A DNA stretch of 64,000 nt from Rubrivivax sp. (GCA_022842305.1 JALHPY010000011.1:1227-65226); one strand, 5' to 3'. Positions 10,049 to 18,298 are shown, numbered from the stretch's first letter. Notes: a model not told the origin generated them from the sequence alone. Made by a program: numbers and translations.

Positions 10049-11449
10049 TCAGCCCTTCTTGGGCAGCTCGATCTTCGGGGCCTCGAGCGTGGTCTTCTGG
10101 GGCGGGTCGGCCAGCAGGTTCAGGCCCGGGAAGTCGCGGCCGTGGCAGGCCGGGTTGGAGCAGAAGCCGCCGCCCGACTTGCCGCGCTTGAGCGGCGCGC
10201 CGTGGCACTCTTCGCAGGACTCTTCCACGTCGTCGGCGTGCGTGCGCATGAAGTTGGGGCGCTGGTGGCCTTCGGGCTGTTGCTCGCCGGCCTTCGCGGG
10301 CAGCAGCGAGGGCACGCTGCCCTTGCCGTTTTCGCGCGTCACCTCGGGCATGCCGTGGCACAACGTGCACTGCAGCCGGATGACCTCGCCCGCTTCATTG
10401 AAGTGCTTGCCGTTGTGGCAGCGGAAGCAGCCGGGCGTGTCGGAGTGGCCGGTGTGGTTGGGGAAGCTCTTCCAGGAGAAGTCTTTCTCGTAGAAGGACG
10501 CGGCCAGCAGGATCTCGCGCATGGCGGTGTTGAACTTCAGCTCCAGCGGCTTGAGTTCGGCCGCGGTGGCGGCCTTGGTCGAGGCCTCGGCGATCAGGGC
10601 GTCGATCTTGGGGGCGCGCACTTCGGGCGGACCGGTGATCTCGGGCAGCTTGTCCACCAGGGCCACGGCGCGCGCCTTGGCGTCGGGCAGCTTGCGGTCG
10701 ATCTTGCCGGTGCGGATGTATTCGTCCACCACCGTGGCCGGGTTGGTGAAGGGGTGGCCCACCGAGTTGTGGCAGTCGTAGCAGGCCATGGCCCGCGCCG
10801 GCATCGCGGCGATCTGCGCGGGCGTGAACTTGGTCTCGGCGTCGGTGTAGGTGACCTTGGTGCCGTCGGGCTTGGTCACCTCGACCCAGGGGATCTCGCG
10901 GCGCTGGATGTCGGGCGAGACGAAGCGCACTTCGTTCTCGATGTGCCAGTGGATGCCCTTGGTGTACCCGGTGCGCACGGCGTCCATGCCGGTGTGCAGG
11001 ATGAGCTTGGTGCGCGACTCGCTGCTCTGGGTGTCGGTACCGTAGTGCACCTTGACGGCGATGCTGTCGTGGTGTTCGGCCGACGGGTGGTGGCAGCTCT
11101 CGCAGGCTTCGCGCGATGGCCGCAGCGTGCCCGATGCCAGCGGCCGGTCGTAGCCGACGATCATGCCCCACAGCTCCTTGGCATGCGTGGGCTTGAGCCC
11201 TATCAGCTTGAGCGTGGAGTTGCGCCCCATGTGGCACTCGACGCAGTTCACGCGGGCGTGCACGCCCTGCGTGTGCGCGGCGATCTCTTCGGGGTGCACG
11301 TTGTGGCACATCGCCGCGCAGAACGCGTTGCTGTTGCTGTACTCCCAGCCGGCGATGCCCCCTGCGCCCAGCAGCACCACGCCGATGAGGGCTGCGGCGA
11401 TGCCGGCCGTGCCGAGGACCAGCGTCTTGCTGCCAATCTGGATTCGCAT
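10049..11449 (-). CDS. Membrane-anchored NapC/NirT-type multihaem cytochrome c (ImcH-like, 7 CXXCH plus one CX4CH)
   Basis: ATG at 11449 lies 9 nt after an AGGAG. One N-terminal TM helix is followed immediately by CAAMCH and CVECH (NapC/NirT signature). Further motifs are CESCH, CYDCH, CFRCH, CTLCH, CEECH and CSNPACH. Confidence 0.75.
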   Translation of the reverse strand: MRIQIGSKTLVLGTAGIAAALIGVVLLGAGGIAGWEYSNSNAFCAAMCHNVHPEEIAAHTQGVHARVNCVECHMGRNSTLKLIGLKPTHAKELWGMIVGYDRPLASGTLRPSREACESCHHPSAEHHDSIAVKVHYGTDTQSSESRTKLILHTGMDAVRTGYTKGIHWHIENEVRFVSPDIQRREIPWVEVTKPDGTKVTYTDAETKFTPAQIAAMPARAMACYDCHNSVGHPFTNPATVVDEYIRTGKIDRKLPDAKARAVALVDKLPEITGPPEVRAPKIDALIAEASTKAATAAELKPLELKFNTAMREILLAASFYEKDFSWKSFPNHTGHSDTPGCFRCHNGKHFNEAGEVIRLQCTLCHGMPEVTRENGKGSVPSLLPAKAGEQQPEGHQRPNFMRTHADDVEESCEECHGAPLKRGKSGGGFCSNPACHGRDFPGLNLLADPPQKTTLEAPKIELPKKG

Positions 11450-11601
11450 GTCTGTCTGCTCCTGCAAGGAATAGCCGCGCGATTGTCCGCCACGGCCGCG
11501 CGGGCTTTCCTTGACGAAGCGCAGGCAAATGCGTCCCGGATCGGTCGCGCGCGGGTTTGCGCCCGGGTCTGGCGCGCGCGCGTTTGTAGGATGATGGCCC
11601 G

Positions 11602-12651
11602 ATGAAAACCGCTCGCAAGGGCTACGTCCGGCCGCTGGACATCAAGCACGGCTGCGTCGATTTGTCGCACGGCAGCGGCGGGCGCGCCATGGCGCAGCTG
11701 ATCGAAGAGCTGTTCTTGCGCGCCTTCGACAACGAATGGCTGCGCCAGGGCGACGACGGCGCGGTGCTGCCGCTGCCACCGGGGCGGCTGGTGATGGCCA
11801 CCGACAGCCACGTGGTGTCGCCGCTGTTCTTTCCGGGCGGCGACATCGGCTGCCTGGCGGTGCACGGCACCCTCAACGACGTGGCCATGAACGGCGCCAC
11901 GCCGCTGTACCTGGCGGCCAGCTTCATATTGGAAGAAGGCCTGGCGCTGGCCGACCTGGCGCGCATCGTCGAATCCATGGCCGCGGCATCGCGCCAGGCC
12001 GGCGTGCCCATCGTCACCGGCGACACCAAGGTGGTGGAGCGCGGCAAGGGCGACGGTGTGTTCATCACCACCACCGGCGTGGGCGTGGTGCCGGCGGGCG
12101 TGCAGGTCAGCGGCCGCGGCGCGCGCCCGGGCGACCGCATCCTGCTCAGCGGCACGCTGGGCGACCACGGCGTGGCCATCATGTCGCTGCGCGAGAACCT
12201 GAGCTTCCAGACCACGCTGCAATCGGACACCGCGGCGCTGCACGGCCTGGTGGCCGACATGCTGGCTGCCGTGCCCGGCATCCATTGCCTGCGCGACCCC
12301 ACGCGCGGCGGCCTGGCCACCACGCTGAACGAGCTGGCGGGCCAGTCGGGCTGCGGCATGCTCATCGACGAGGCCGCGCTGCCGCTGCGGCGCGAGGTCG
12401 AGGCGGCCTGCGAGTTCCTGGGCCTGGACCCGCTGTACGTGGCCAACGAAGGCAAGCTGGTGGCCATTTGCGCGGCCGACGACGCGCCGCGCCTGCTGGC
12501 CGCCATGCGCGCGCACCCGCTGGCGCGCGACGCGGCCGTCATCGGCGAGGTGCTAGCGGATGCGAACCACTTCGTGCAGATGCGCGCGCGCTTCGGCGGG
12601 CGGCGCATCGTCGACTGGCTCACGGGCGACCAGCTACCGCGCATCTGCTGA
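11602..12651 (+). CDS. hypE: Hydrogenase maturation protein HypE
   Basis: 349 aa, AIR-synthase-like fold sequence, with a C-terminal ...LPRIC ending in the conserved Cys. Confidence 0.93.
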   Translation: MKTARKGYVRPLDIKHGCVDLSHGSGGRAMAQLIEELFLRAFDNEWLRQGDDGAVLPLPPGRLVMATDSHVVSPLFFPGGDIGCLAVHGTLNDVAMNGATPLYLAASFILEEGLALADLARIVESMAAASRQAGVPIVTGDTKVVERGKGDGVFITTTGVGVVPAGVQVSGRGARPGDRILLSGTLGDHGVAIMSLRENLSFQTTLQSDTAALHGLVADMLAAVPGIHCLRDPTRGGLATTLNELAGQSGCGMLIDEAALPLRREVEAACEFLGLDPLYVANEGKLVAICAADDAPRLLAAMRAHPLARDAAVIGEVLADANHFVQMRARFGGRRIVDWLTGDQLPRIC

Positions 12652-12689
12652 AACCCTGCGCTTCGGCGGTTCGACAGGCGTGCGCGCGG

Positions 12690-12703
12690 TTGACCAGGAT
12701 CAA
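12690..12703. promoter_or_regulatory. FNR/CRP-family-like box TTGACcaggATCAA (9/10)
   Basis: Near-perfect dyad about 150 bp upstream of the first monohaem cytochrome gene. Confidence 0.4.
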
Positions 12704-12848
12704 GGCAGCGCGCATACGGCACCGAAAGAATCGCCGCAGCCACCAGAAAACCCGCTCTGAGCCTGCGGCGCCGTCAACCGGATGGCCTTGCAGACAGTTC
12801 AACAGGTACGAACCTGGCCCTGTCGCCAGGTCACACCGGAGAAATCAC

Positions 12849-13160
12849 ATGAAGCTCGCCCTTGCCATTGCCGCCGCCTTCGCCACCGTCTCGCTGGCCG
12901 GCCCTGCCCTTGCGGGCCCCGCGGAAGACATCGTCGCCAAGGAAAAGTGCAACAAGTGCCACACCGAGAAGACCACCAAGAAGGGCCCGTCCTGGGCCTC
13001 GATTGCGGTCAAGTACAAGGGCAAGCCCGAAGCCGCCGAGAAGATCTTCCTGCAGCTCAAGAACGGCGGGCAGGTCGGTGACGAGGAAGACCACAAGAAG
13101 GTCAAGGCCAGCGACGAAGACCTGAAGGCCATCGCCGCGCTGGTGCTGTCCGCGAAGTAA
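12849..13160 (+). CDS. Periplasmic monohaem class-I cytochrome c (c551-like fold, MtoD-like, no Met ligand)
   Basis: ATG at 12849 inside ORF 11736..13160. Signal peptide, a single CNKCH, then GPSWASIAVKY as in c551-type cytochromes. The mature protein contains no Met. DEEDH sits where the c551 PMPPN Met loop would align. Confidence 0.8.
   Translation: MKLALAIAAAFATVSLAGPALAGPAEDIVAKEKCNKCHTEKTTKKGPSWASIAVKYKGKPEAAEKIFLQLKNGGQVGDEEDHKKVKASDEDLKAIAALVLSAK
12945..12993 (+). repeat. 49-nt run identical to 13285..13333 (paralogous cytochrome genes)
   Basis: aagtgcaacaagtgccacaccgagaagaccaccaagaagggcccgtcct occurs in both tandem genes. Confidence 0.9.
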
Positions 13161-13188
13161 GCCTTTCCAAACGACTGGAGTGTCGACC

Positions 13189-13500
13189 ATGAAGCGTTCG
13201 TCCCTGATCATCGCCGCGGCATTTGCGCTGGCCTCTTCCACCGTGGCATTCGCCGGCCCTGCGGAGGACCTGATCGCCAAGGAGAAGTGCAACAAGTGCC
13301 ACACCGAGAAGACCACCAAGAAGGGCCCGTCCTACGCCGCGATAGCCAAGAAGTACGCTGGCGATGCAGCCGCGCCGGCCAAGCTGCTCAAGGGCCTCAA
13401 GGAAGGCGGCAAGATGGGTGACGAGGAAGACCACAAGAAGGTTCCCGGCAGCGAAGCCGACCTGAAGGCCGTCGTGGCCCTGATCCTCAGCGCCAAGTAA
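13189..13500 (+). CDS. Periplasmic monohaem class-I cytochrome c, tandem paralogue of 12849..13160
   Basis: ATG at 13189 (MKRSSLII...) after a GGAG. It shares the CNKCHTEKTTKKGPS and GDEEDHKKV blocks with its neighbour. Confidence 0.8.
   Translation: MKRSSLIIAAAFALASSTVAFAGPAEDLIAKEKCNKCHTEKTTKKGPSYAAIAKKYAGDAAAPAKLLKGLKEGGKMGDEEDHKKVPGSEADLKAVVALILSAK
13285..13333 (+). repeat. Second copy of the 49-nt identical run
   Basis: Identical to 12945..12993. Confidence 0.9.
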
Positions 13501-13549
13501 GCGCTCAACTGTTGCGCGGCGTCCCTGCGACGCTGTGTCGCACCCCCTC

Positions 13550-13581
13550 AAGGCCGTGGCTGCAAATGCAGCCACGGCCTT
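13550..13581 (+). terminator. Stem-loop (probable terminator) after the second monohaem cytochrome gene
   Basis: AAGGCCGTGGCTGC...GCAGCCACGGCCTT inverted repeat. The T-tract is weak. Confidence 0.45.
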
Positions 13582-13859
13582 GTTCCATCCAGGAAGGACA
13601 ACTACCCATCTGGGTATTTGCGCGCCGCCGCGGTGCATAAACGCACCGCCGCAGAGAAGCGCCGGACCTGACTTGCATCAATCTTTCAAGGTTTGCGATA
13701 CCTACACTCGGCCGGACCGATCGGTGACCGTGCCCTTCTTTCTGCATGAATGGCTGCGACATGGAATGCCCCTCGGCGTGCCGGTGCCATGGCCTGTGAT
13801 CAGGTCGTGACAGCCAGGCGAGAAAATTGTTTCGGTTCCACCCCTCGAGGAGGACATTG

Positions 13860-16712
13860 ATGGGCATGTTCAAGCATCGCAGCTGGCTGGCACTTCTTGC
13901 CACCGGCGTCATCGCGGCAGCGCTTTCCGGTTGCGGAGGCGACAGCGGCCCCGCAGGGCCAGCGGGCAGCCAGGGTCCGACCGGGCCCGCGGGCCCCCCG
14001 GGCCAGCAGGGTGATCCCGGATCGGCCGGCGGCGCCGGCACCACCAGCGTCGGCAGCAATGCGCTGACCAACACCGCTGCCATCGCCAGCAACGCCGCCG
14101 CCTGGCGAGACCTGCAGCCCACGGTGACGGTCAACAGCGTGACCATCGCCGGCAAGCCGGTCGTCAACTTCACGGTCACCGACGGCTTCGGCAAGCCGGT
14201 GGTCGGCCTGGGCAACACCACGCGCAGCGCCACGGCGCAGCCACAGGTGCCCGCCGCCTACCCCAATCTGGCCTTCTCGCTGGCCAAGCTGGTGCCCGCC
14301 AGCGCCGGCAGCCCCAGCAAGTGGGTCAGCTACATCGTCACCTCCGTGCCCAGCAACACGGCCGCAGCGGCGCCCCAGCGCCCGGGCACCGACAACACCG
14401 GCACGCTGGTCGACAACGGTGACGGCAGCTATCGCTACACCTTCTACCGGGACGTCACCACGATGGCGGCAGACGTCGCCGCGATGACGGTTGCCGCCCC
14501 CGCCAACAAGGCCGACCTGGGTGACCTGAGCTACAACCCCAACCTGACGCACCGCCTGACCATCCAGTTGTCGGGCAACGCCCCGGGCACCGGCACCAAC
14601 ACGCCCACCGCCACGGCTTCGCCCGTGGCCGCGGTGACGATGGCCGTGCCCTTCGATGCCGTGTACGACTTCATCCCCGCCGGCGGGGCGGTGCCGGCCG
14701 ACGCGAAACGCGTCATCGTCAACAACACCAAGTGCGAGGAATGCCACCGCAAGCTCGGCGGCATCCCGGGCGGCGACCCCGAGGCCAATGCCGCCGGCTT
14801 CCACGGCGGTGCGCGCAACAACGTCGACTACTGCGTGGTCTGCCACACCGAGCAGCGCAAGTACGGCCGCACCGAGGCCACCGCCACCACCAGCGGCGCG
14901 GTCAAGACCTTCACCTCCAGCACCAACGTGCTCGACGGCCGCTCCGTCGGCAACCTGCCCAATTTCATCCACAAGCTGCACCTGGGCGGCATGCTGGTCA
15001 ACAAGAACTACAACTACGGCGGCCTGGTGCTGAACGAGCCCACCTACCCGCAGGACATCCGCAACTGCACCAAGTGCCACGACGGCGACCCCGCCGCCAC
15101 GGCGCTGAATTCGCAGTCGGTCGCGGTCCCGGCCAGTTCGCCCCAGGGCGACAACTGGAAGCTCGTGCCCAGCACGCTGGCCTGCGGCTCCTGCCACGAC
15201 GGCATCAACTTCGCCACCGGCGCCGGTGTCACGCTGCGCGACGCCAATGCGGGCCTGACCAGCACGCCCAACGCCCACCCGGCCGGCGCCCAGCCCGATG
15301 ACTCGGCCTGCGCCACCTGCCACAGGCCTTCCGGCCTGCAGGACGTCGACCTGAACCACATCCCGGTGACGCCGCCGAACCCGGGCAATTCGCTGCTCGC
15401 GGGGCAGACCGACAACAACACCAACTCGGCCTGGATCGCGTCCAACACGGCGCGCCTGCCCGTCGGTGCCATCCGCGTCTCGCACGAGGTCAAGAGCGTC
15501 TCGCGCAATGCCGGCAAGAACCCGGTGATGGTGTTCCGCATGCTGCAGAACGGTGTGGTCACGCCGCTGGAAGACTTCGCCACCACGGCGGTCAACCCGG
15601 CCACCGGCCAGAAGGAGATCTGGACCAACTTTGCCGGCGCGCCCAGCGTTTACTTCGTGTACGCCGTGCCGCAGGACGGTATTACCGCCCCGGCCGACTT
15701 CAACGCCTCCGCCTCGAGCTACCTGCGCAGCCTTTGGAACGGCAGCGCCACGGGTAGCGCCACGGGCACGCTGGTGGCCGGCACGGGTGCCGACGCCGGC
15801 TTCTACGTGGCCACGCTGACCAACGTCGTCATCCCCGACAACGCCGTCATGCTGACGGGTGGCCTGGGCTACTCGTACAACGTCAGATCCGCGATGCCGC
15901 TGACGCAGACCAACCTGGCCGCCTTCCCGACGGCCGCGGCCACCAACGCGGGGGTGACCGCCGGCATGCCCAACGTTTCGGGCGGCCTGATCGTGATCAC
16001 GCCCAACGTGCAGCGCGTCGGCACCGGCTACACCGGCCGCCGCGCCATCGTCGAGGACAAGCGCTGCAACGCCTGCCACCAGGAACTGGGCACCTTCACC
16101 GAAGAAGCCTTCCACGGTGGCCAGCGCAACGATGGCACGACCTGCTCGTGGTGCCACACCCCCAACCGTGCCAGCAACGGCTGGTCGGCCGACTCCACCG
16201 CCTTCGTGCACGCGATCCACGCGTCGGCCAAGCGCACCGTGCCGTACAACTGGCATGCCCGCTCGACCACCGAGGGCTACTTCGAGATCACCTACCCGGG
16301 CGTGCTCAACCAGTGCGAAGCCTGCCACTTGCCCGGCACTTTCGACTTCAGCGCCACGGCCTCGGCCAATGCGGTGGAAAACCGCCAGCATCGCCTGGTG
16401 GCCAGCGGCACCGTCGCCGCGTCGATCACGAACTCGCCGTACATCACCACCGGTGTCGCCTACGGCAGCAACTTCAGCGTCGCAGCGGCCACCGGCCTGC
16501 CCACCGACGCTGCCGCGACCACGCTGGTCACGTCGCCGATCGCCACGGCCTGCTTCGCCTGCCATGACTCGAACGACGCGGTCACGCACTTCCGCGTGAA
16601 TGGCGGTTCGATCTACGCACAGCGCAGCGTGGCGCTGGCCAGCAACGAGACCTGTCTCGTGTGCCACGGCCCGGGCCGCATCGCGTCGATCGCTGCCTCG
16701 CACTCGAAGTAG
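13860..16712 (+). CDS. mtrC: MtrC/OmcA-family decahaem c-type cytochrome lipoprotein (extended, about 950 aa)
   Basis: ATG at 13860 after GAGGAGGA. Lipobox LSGC. Ten CXXCH in two pentahaem groups (CEECH, CVVCH, CTKCH, CGSCH, CATCH, then about 260 haem-free aa, then CNACH, CSWCH, CEACH, CFACH, CLVCH). This matches the four-domain MtrC/OmcA layout. Confidence 0.82.
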   Translation: MGMFKHRSWLALLATGVIAAALSGCGGDSGPAGPAGSQGPTGPAGPPGQQGDPGSAGGAGTTSVGSNALTNTAAIASNAAAWRDLQPTVTVNSVTIAGKPVVNFTVTDGFGKPVVGLGNTTRSATAQPQVPAAYPNLAFSLAKLVPASAGSPSKWVSYIVTSVPSNTAAAAPQRPGTDNTGTLVDNGDGSYRYTFYRDVTTMAADVAAMTVAAPANKADLGDLSYNPNLTHRLTIQLSGNAPGTGTNTPTATASPVAAVTMAVPFDAVYDFIPAGGAVPADAKRVIVNNTKCEECHRKLGGIPGGDPEANAAGFHGGARNNVDYCVVCHTEQRKYGRTEATATTSGAVKTFTSSTNVLDGRSVGNLPNFIHKLHLGGMLVNKNYNYGGLVLNEPTYPQDIRNCTKCHDGDPAATALNSQSVAVPASSPQGDNWKLVPSTLACGSCHDGINFATGAGVTLRDANAGLTSTPNAHPAGAQPDDSACATCHRPSGLQDVDLNHIPVTPPNPGNSLLAGQTDNNTNSAWIASNTARLPVGAIRVSHEVKSVSRNAGKNPVMVFRMLQNGVVTPLEDFATTAVNPATGQKEIWTNFAGAPSVYFVYAVPQDGITAPADFNASASSYLRSLWNGSATGSATGTLVAGTGADAGFYVATLTNVVIPDNAVMLTGGLGYSYNVRSAMPLTQTNLAAFPTAAATNAGVTAGMPNVSGGLIVITPNVQRVGTGYTGRRAIVEDKRCNACHQELGTFTEEAFHGGQRNDGTTCSWCHTPNRASNGWSADSTAFVHAIHASAKRTVPYNWHARSTTEGYFEITYPGVLNQCEACHLPGTFDFSATASANAVENRQHRLVASGTVAASITNSPYITTGVAYGSNFSVAAATGLPTDAAATTLVTSPIATACFACHDSNDAVTHFRVNGGSIYAQRSVALASNETCLVCHGPGRIASIAASHSK
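13947..14039 (+). repeat. Collagen-like Gly-X-Y coding repeat (10 triplets) directly after the lipobox Cys of MtrC
   Basis: Translation GPAGPAGSQGPTGPAGPPGQQGDPGSAGGAG. Confidence 0.9.
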
Positions 16713-16765
16713 CGTGAGACGGTGCGCGGGGGGCGGCACGTCCGGCCCCCGCCACACAGACCCAG

Positions 16766-16803
16766 GCAACCCGGACGCATGCTGACGTCCGGGTTGCTTT
16801 TTT
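16766..16803 (+). terminator. Strong rho-independent terminator between mtrC and the comEA-like/mtrA/mtrB genes
   Basis: 12-bp perfect stem GCAACCCGGACG/CGTCCGGGTTGC with an 8-nt loop, followed by TTTTTT. Confidence 0.8.
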
Positions 16804-16909
16804 GCATCAGGGTCCGGGTTTTCTCGGTCCGCCTCGATCGATGCTGTTCACGGCCCCGTGGGTCGGTGGCAGCATCCACAACGATGGGCACTTTCCCTTG
16901 CCACAAGCC

Positions 16910-17299
16910 ATGAACAAGCTCTCCATCGCAACGCTGCGGCTCGGCCGCGCCGCGCTCTTGCTGGCTGCTGCGGTGGCCCTGGGCGCCGCCCAGGCCGCGC
17001 CCGGCGCGTCGATCATGGCGCCCGCGGCCTCTGCGCCTGGCCTGCACGGCATGCCGCCGCCCAGGCAGAAGGCGCCGCCGGTGCCGGTGAAGCGCATCGA
17101 CATCAACAGCGCCAGCAAGGCCGAGCTGAAGAAGCTGCCGCACATCGACGACGCCACCGCCGAGCGCCTGATCAAGGGCCGGCCCTATCTCACCAAGACC
17201 GAACTGGTGAGCAAGAAGGTGCTGCCGCTGGGCCCCTACATCGCCATCAAGGACCGCGTCATCGCGCTGCAGAAGAAGCAGCCCAAGCCCAAGTCCTGA
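16910..17299 (+). CDS. Secreted ComEA-like helix-hairpin-helix protein
   Basis: ATG at 16910. Signal peptide, a Pro/Ala linker, then IDINSASKAELKKLPHIDDATAERLIKGRPY, a typical ComEA HhH DNA-binding motif. Confidence 0.7.
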   Translation: MNKLSIATLRLGRAALLLAAAVALGAAQAAPGASIMAPAASAPGLHGMPPPRQKAPPVPVKRIDINSASKAELKKLPHIDDATAERLIKGRPYLTKTELVSKKVLPLGPYIAIKDRVIALQKKQPKPKS

Positions 17300-17368
17300 G
17301 TGCCGGCACGACGCCTGCGCTCATCCCTTTTTCGATTTCCACGACCCCAGACCCACAGGCAGACATCC

Positions 17369-18298
17369 ATGAACATCACGAGACACCTGCTGCGTGCGCT
17401 GCTGCCGCTGGCCGCACTGGCCTGGCAGCCCCTGGCGCTGGCGCAGACCGGTTACACGACCGAGGGCGCCGACACCTGCCTCGAGTGTCACGACGACGAG
17501 AGCAGTACGTACTCGGCCAAGGCCTTGTTCAAGACGCCGCACGCGCACGCGGGCAACAAGCGCTCGCCTTTCGGTGCCGGCGGCCTGCAGTGCGAGGCCT
17601 GCCACGGCCCGGGTGCGGCCCACGCCAAGAACAAGAAGTCGGCCTCGATCAACACCTTCAAGGCCGACTCCAAGACCTCGCTGGCCGAGCGCAACCAGGT
17701 CTGCATGTCCTGCCACGAAGGCAGCACGCGCAGCGCCTGGCATGCCGGTGCGCACGAACGCGCCAACCTGTCCTGCACCGACTGCCACAAGATGCACCAG
17801 GAACGCGACCCGGTGCTCACCAAGGCGAGCGAGCCGCAGGTGTGCATGAGCTGCCACAAGCAGCAGCGCGCCGACTTCCAGAAGAGTTCGACCCACCCGC
17901 TGCGCCAGGGCAAGATGGCTTGCAGCGACTGCCACAACGCGCACGGCAGCAGTGCCCCGGCGATGCTGGTCAAGACCACCGTCAACCAGACCTGCACCAG
18001 CTGCCACGCCGAGAAGCGCGGCCCGGTGCTGTGGGAGCACGCGCCGGTGGCCGAGGACTGCGGCCTGTGCCACAGCCCGCACGGCTCGGTGCGCGCGGCC
18101 CTGCTCACCAAGAACCCGCCACTGCTGTGCCAGGAATGCCACAGCAGTGCCGGCCACCCCAGCGTGGCGCGCACGGCCGACGGCCTGCCCGGCGGCAGCG
18201 GTGGTGGCGCCATCTACGTCGTGGGCGGCAGTTGCAGCAACTGCCATTCGCAAGTGCACGGATCCAACCACCCCGCGGGGGCGAAGCTGATGCGCTGA
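17369..18298 (+). CDS. mtrA: MtrA/DmsE/MtoA-family periplasmic decahaem cytochrome c
   Basis: ATG at 17369, signal peptide, ten CXXCH in about 310 aa (CLECH, CEACH, CMSCH, CTDCH, CMSCH, CSDCH, CTSCH, CGLCH, CQECH, CSNCH). Confidence 0.9.
   Translation: MNITRHLLRALLPLAALAWQPLALAQTGYTTEGADTCLECHDDESSTYSAKALFKTPHAHAGNKRSPFGAGGLQCEACHGPGAAHAKNKKSASINTFKADSKTSLAERNQVCMSCHEGSTRSAWHAGAHERANLSCTDCHKMHQERDPVLTKASEPQVCMSCHKQQRADFQKSSTHPLRQGKMACSDCHNAHGSSAPAMLVKTTVNQTCTSCHAEKRGPVLWEHAPVAEDCGLCHSPHGSVRAALLTKNPPLLCQECHSSAGHPSVARTADGLPGGSGGGAIYVVGGSCSNCHSQVHGSNHPAGAKLMR

Noticed and set aside
11736-13160. A 474-aa ORF spanning hypE (out of frame) and the first monohaem cytochrome.
   Set aside because: Only the last 103 codons, from the ATG at 12849 with its signal peptide, make a recognisable protein. 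The upstream part overlaps the genuine hypE frame.
13800-16769. Very long antisense or alternative-frame ORFs. Examples: 13800..16769 (-, 989 aa), 3513..6035 (-, 840 aa), 18105..20522 (-, 805 aa), 9686..11605 (+, 639 aa), 35732..37807 (-), 50898..53210 (+), 59413..61521 (-).
   Set aside because: Their translations are Arg/Ala/Gly/Pro-dominated with no motifs. They lie opposite or out of frame to genes with unambiguous family signatures. This is the expected stop-codon-poor artefact of very GC-rich DNA.
16886-16901. Sigma-54-like element GGGCAC-tttccc-TTGC upstream of the comEA-like gene.
   Set aside because: The GG-to-GC spacing is one nucleotide longer than the strictly conserved -24/-12 spacing, and the flanks do not fit TGGCAC-N5-TTGCA.
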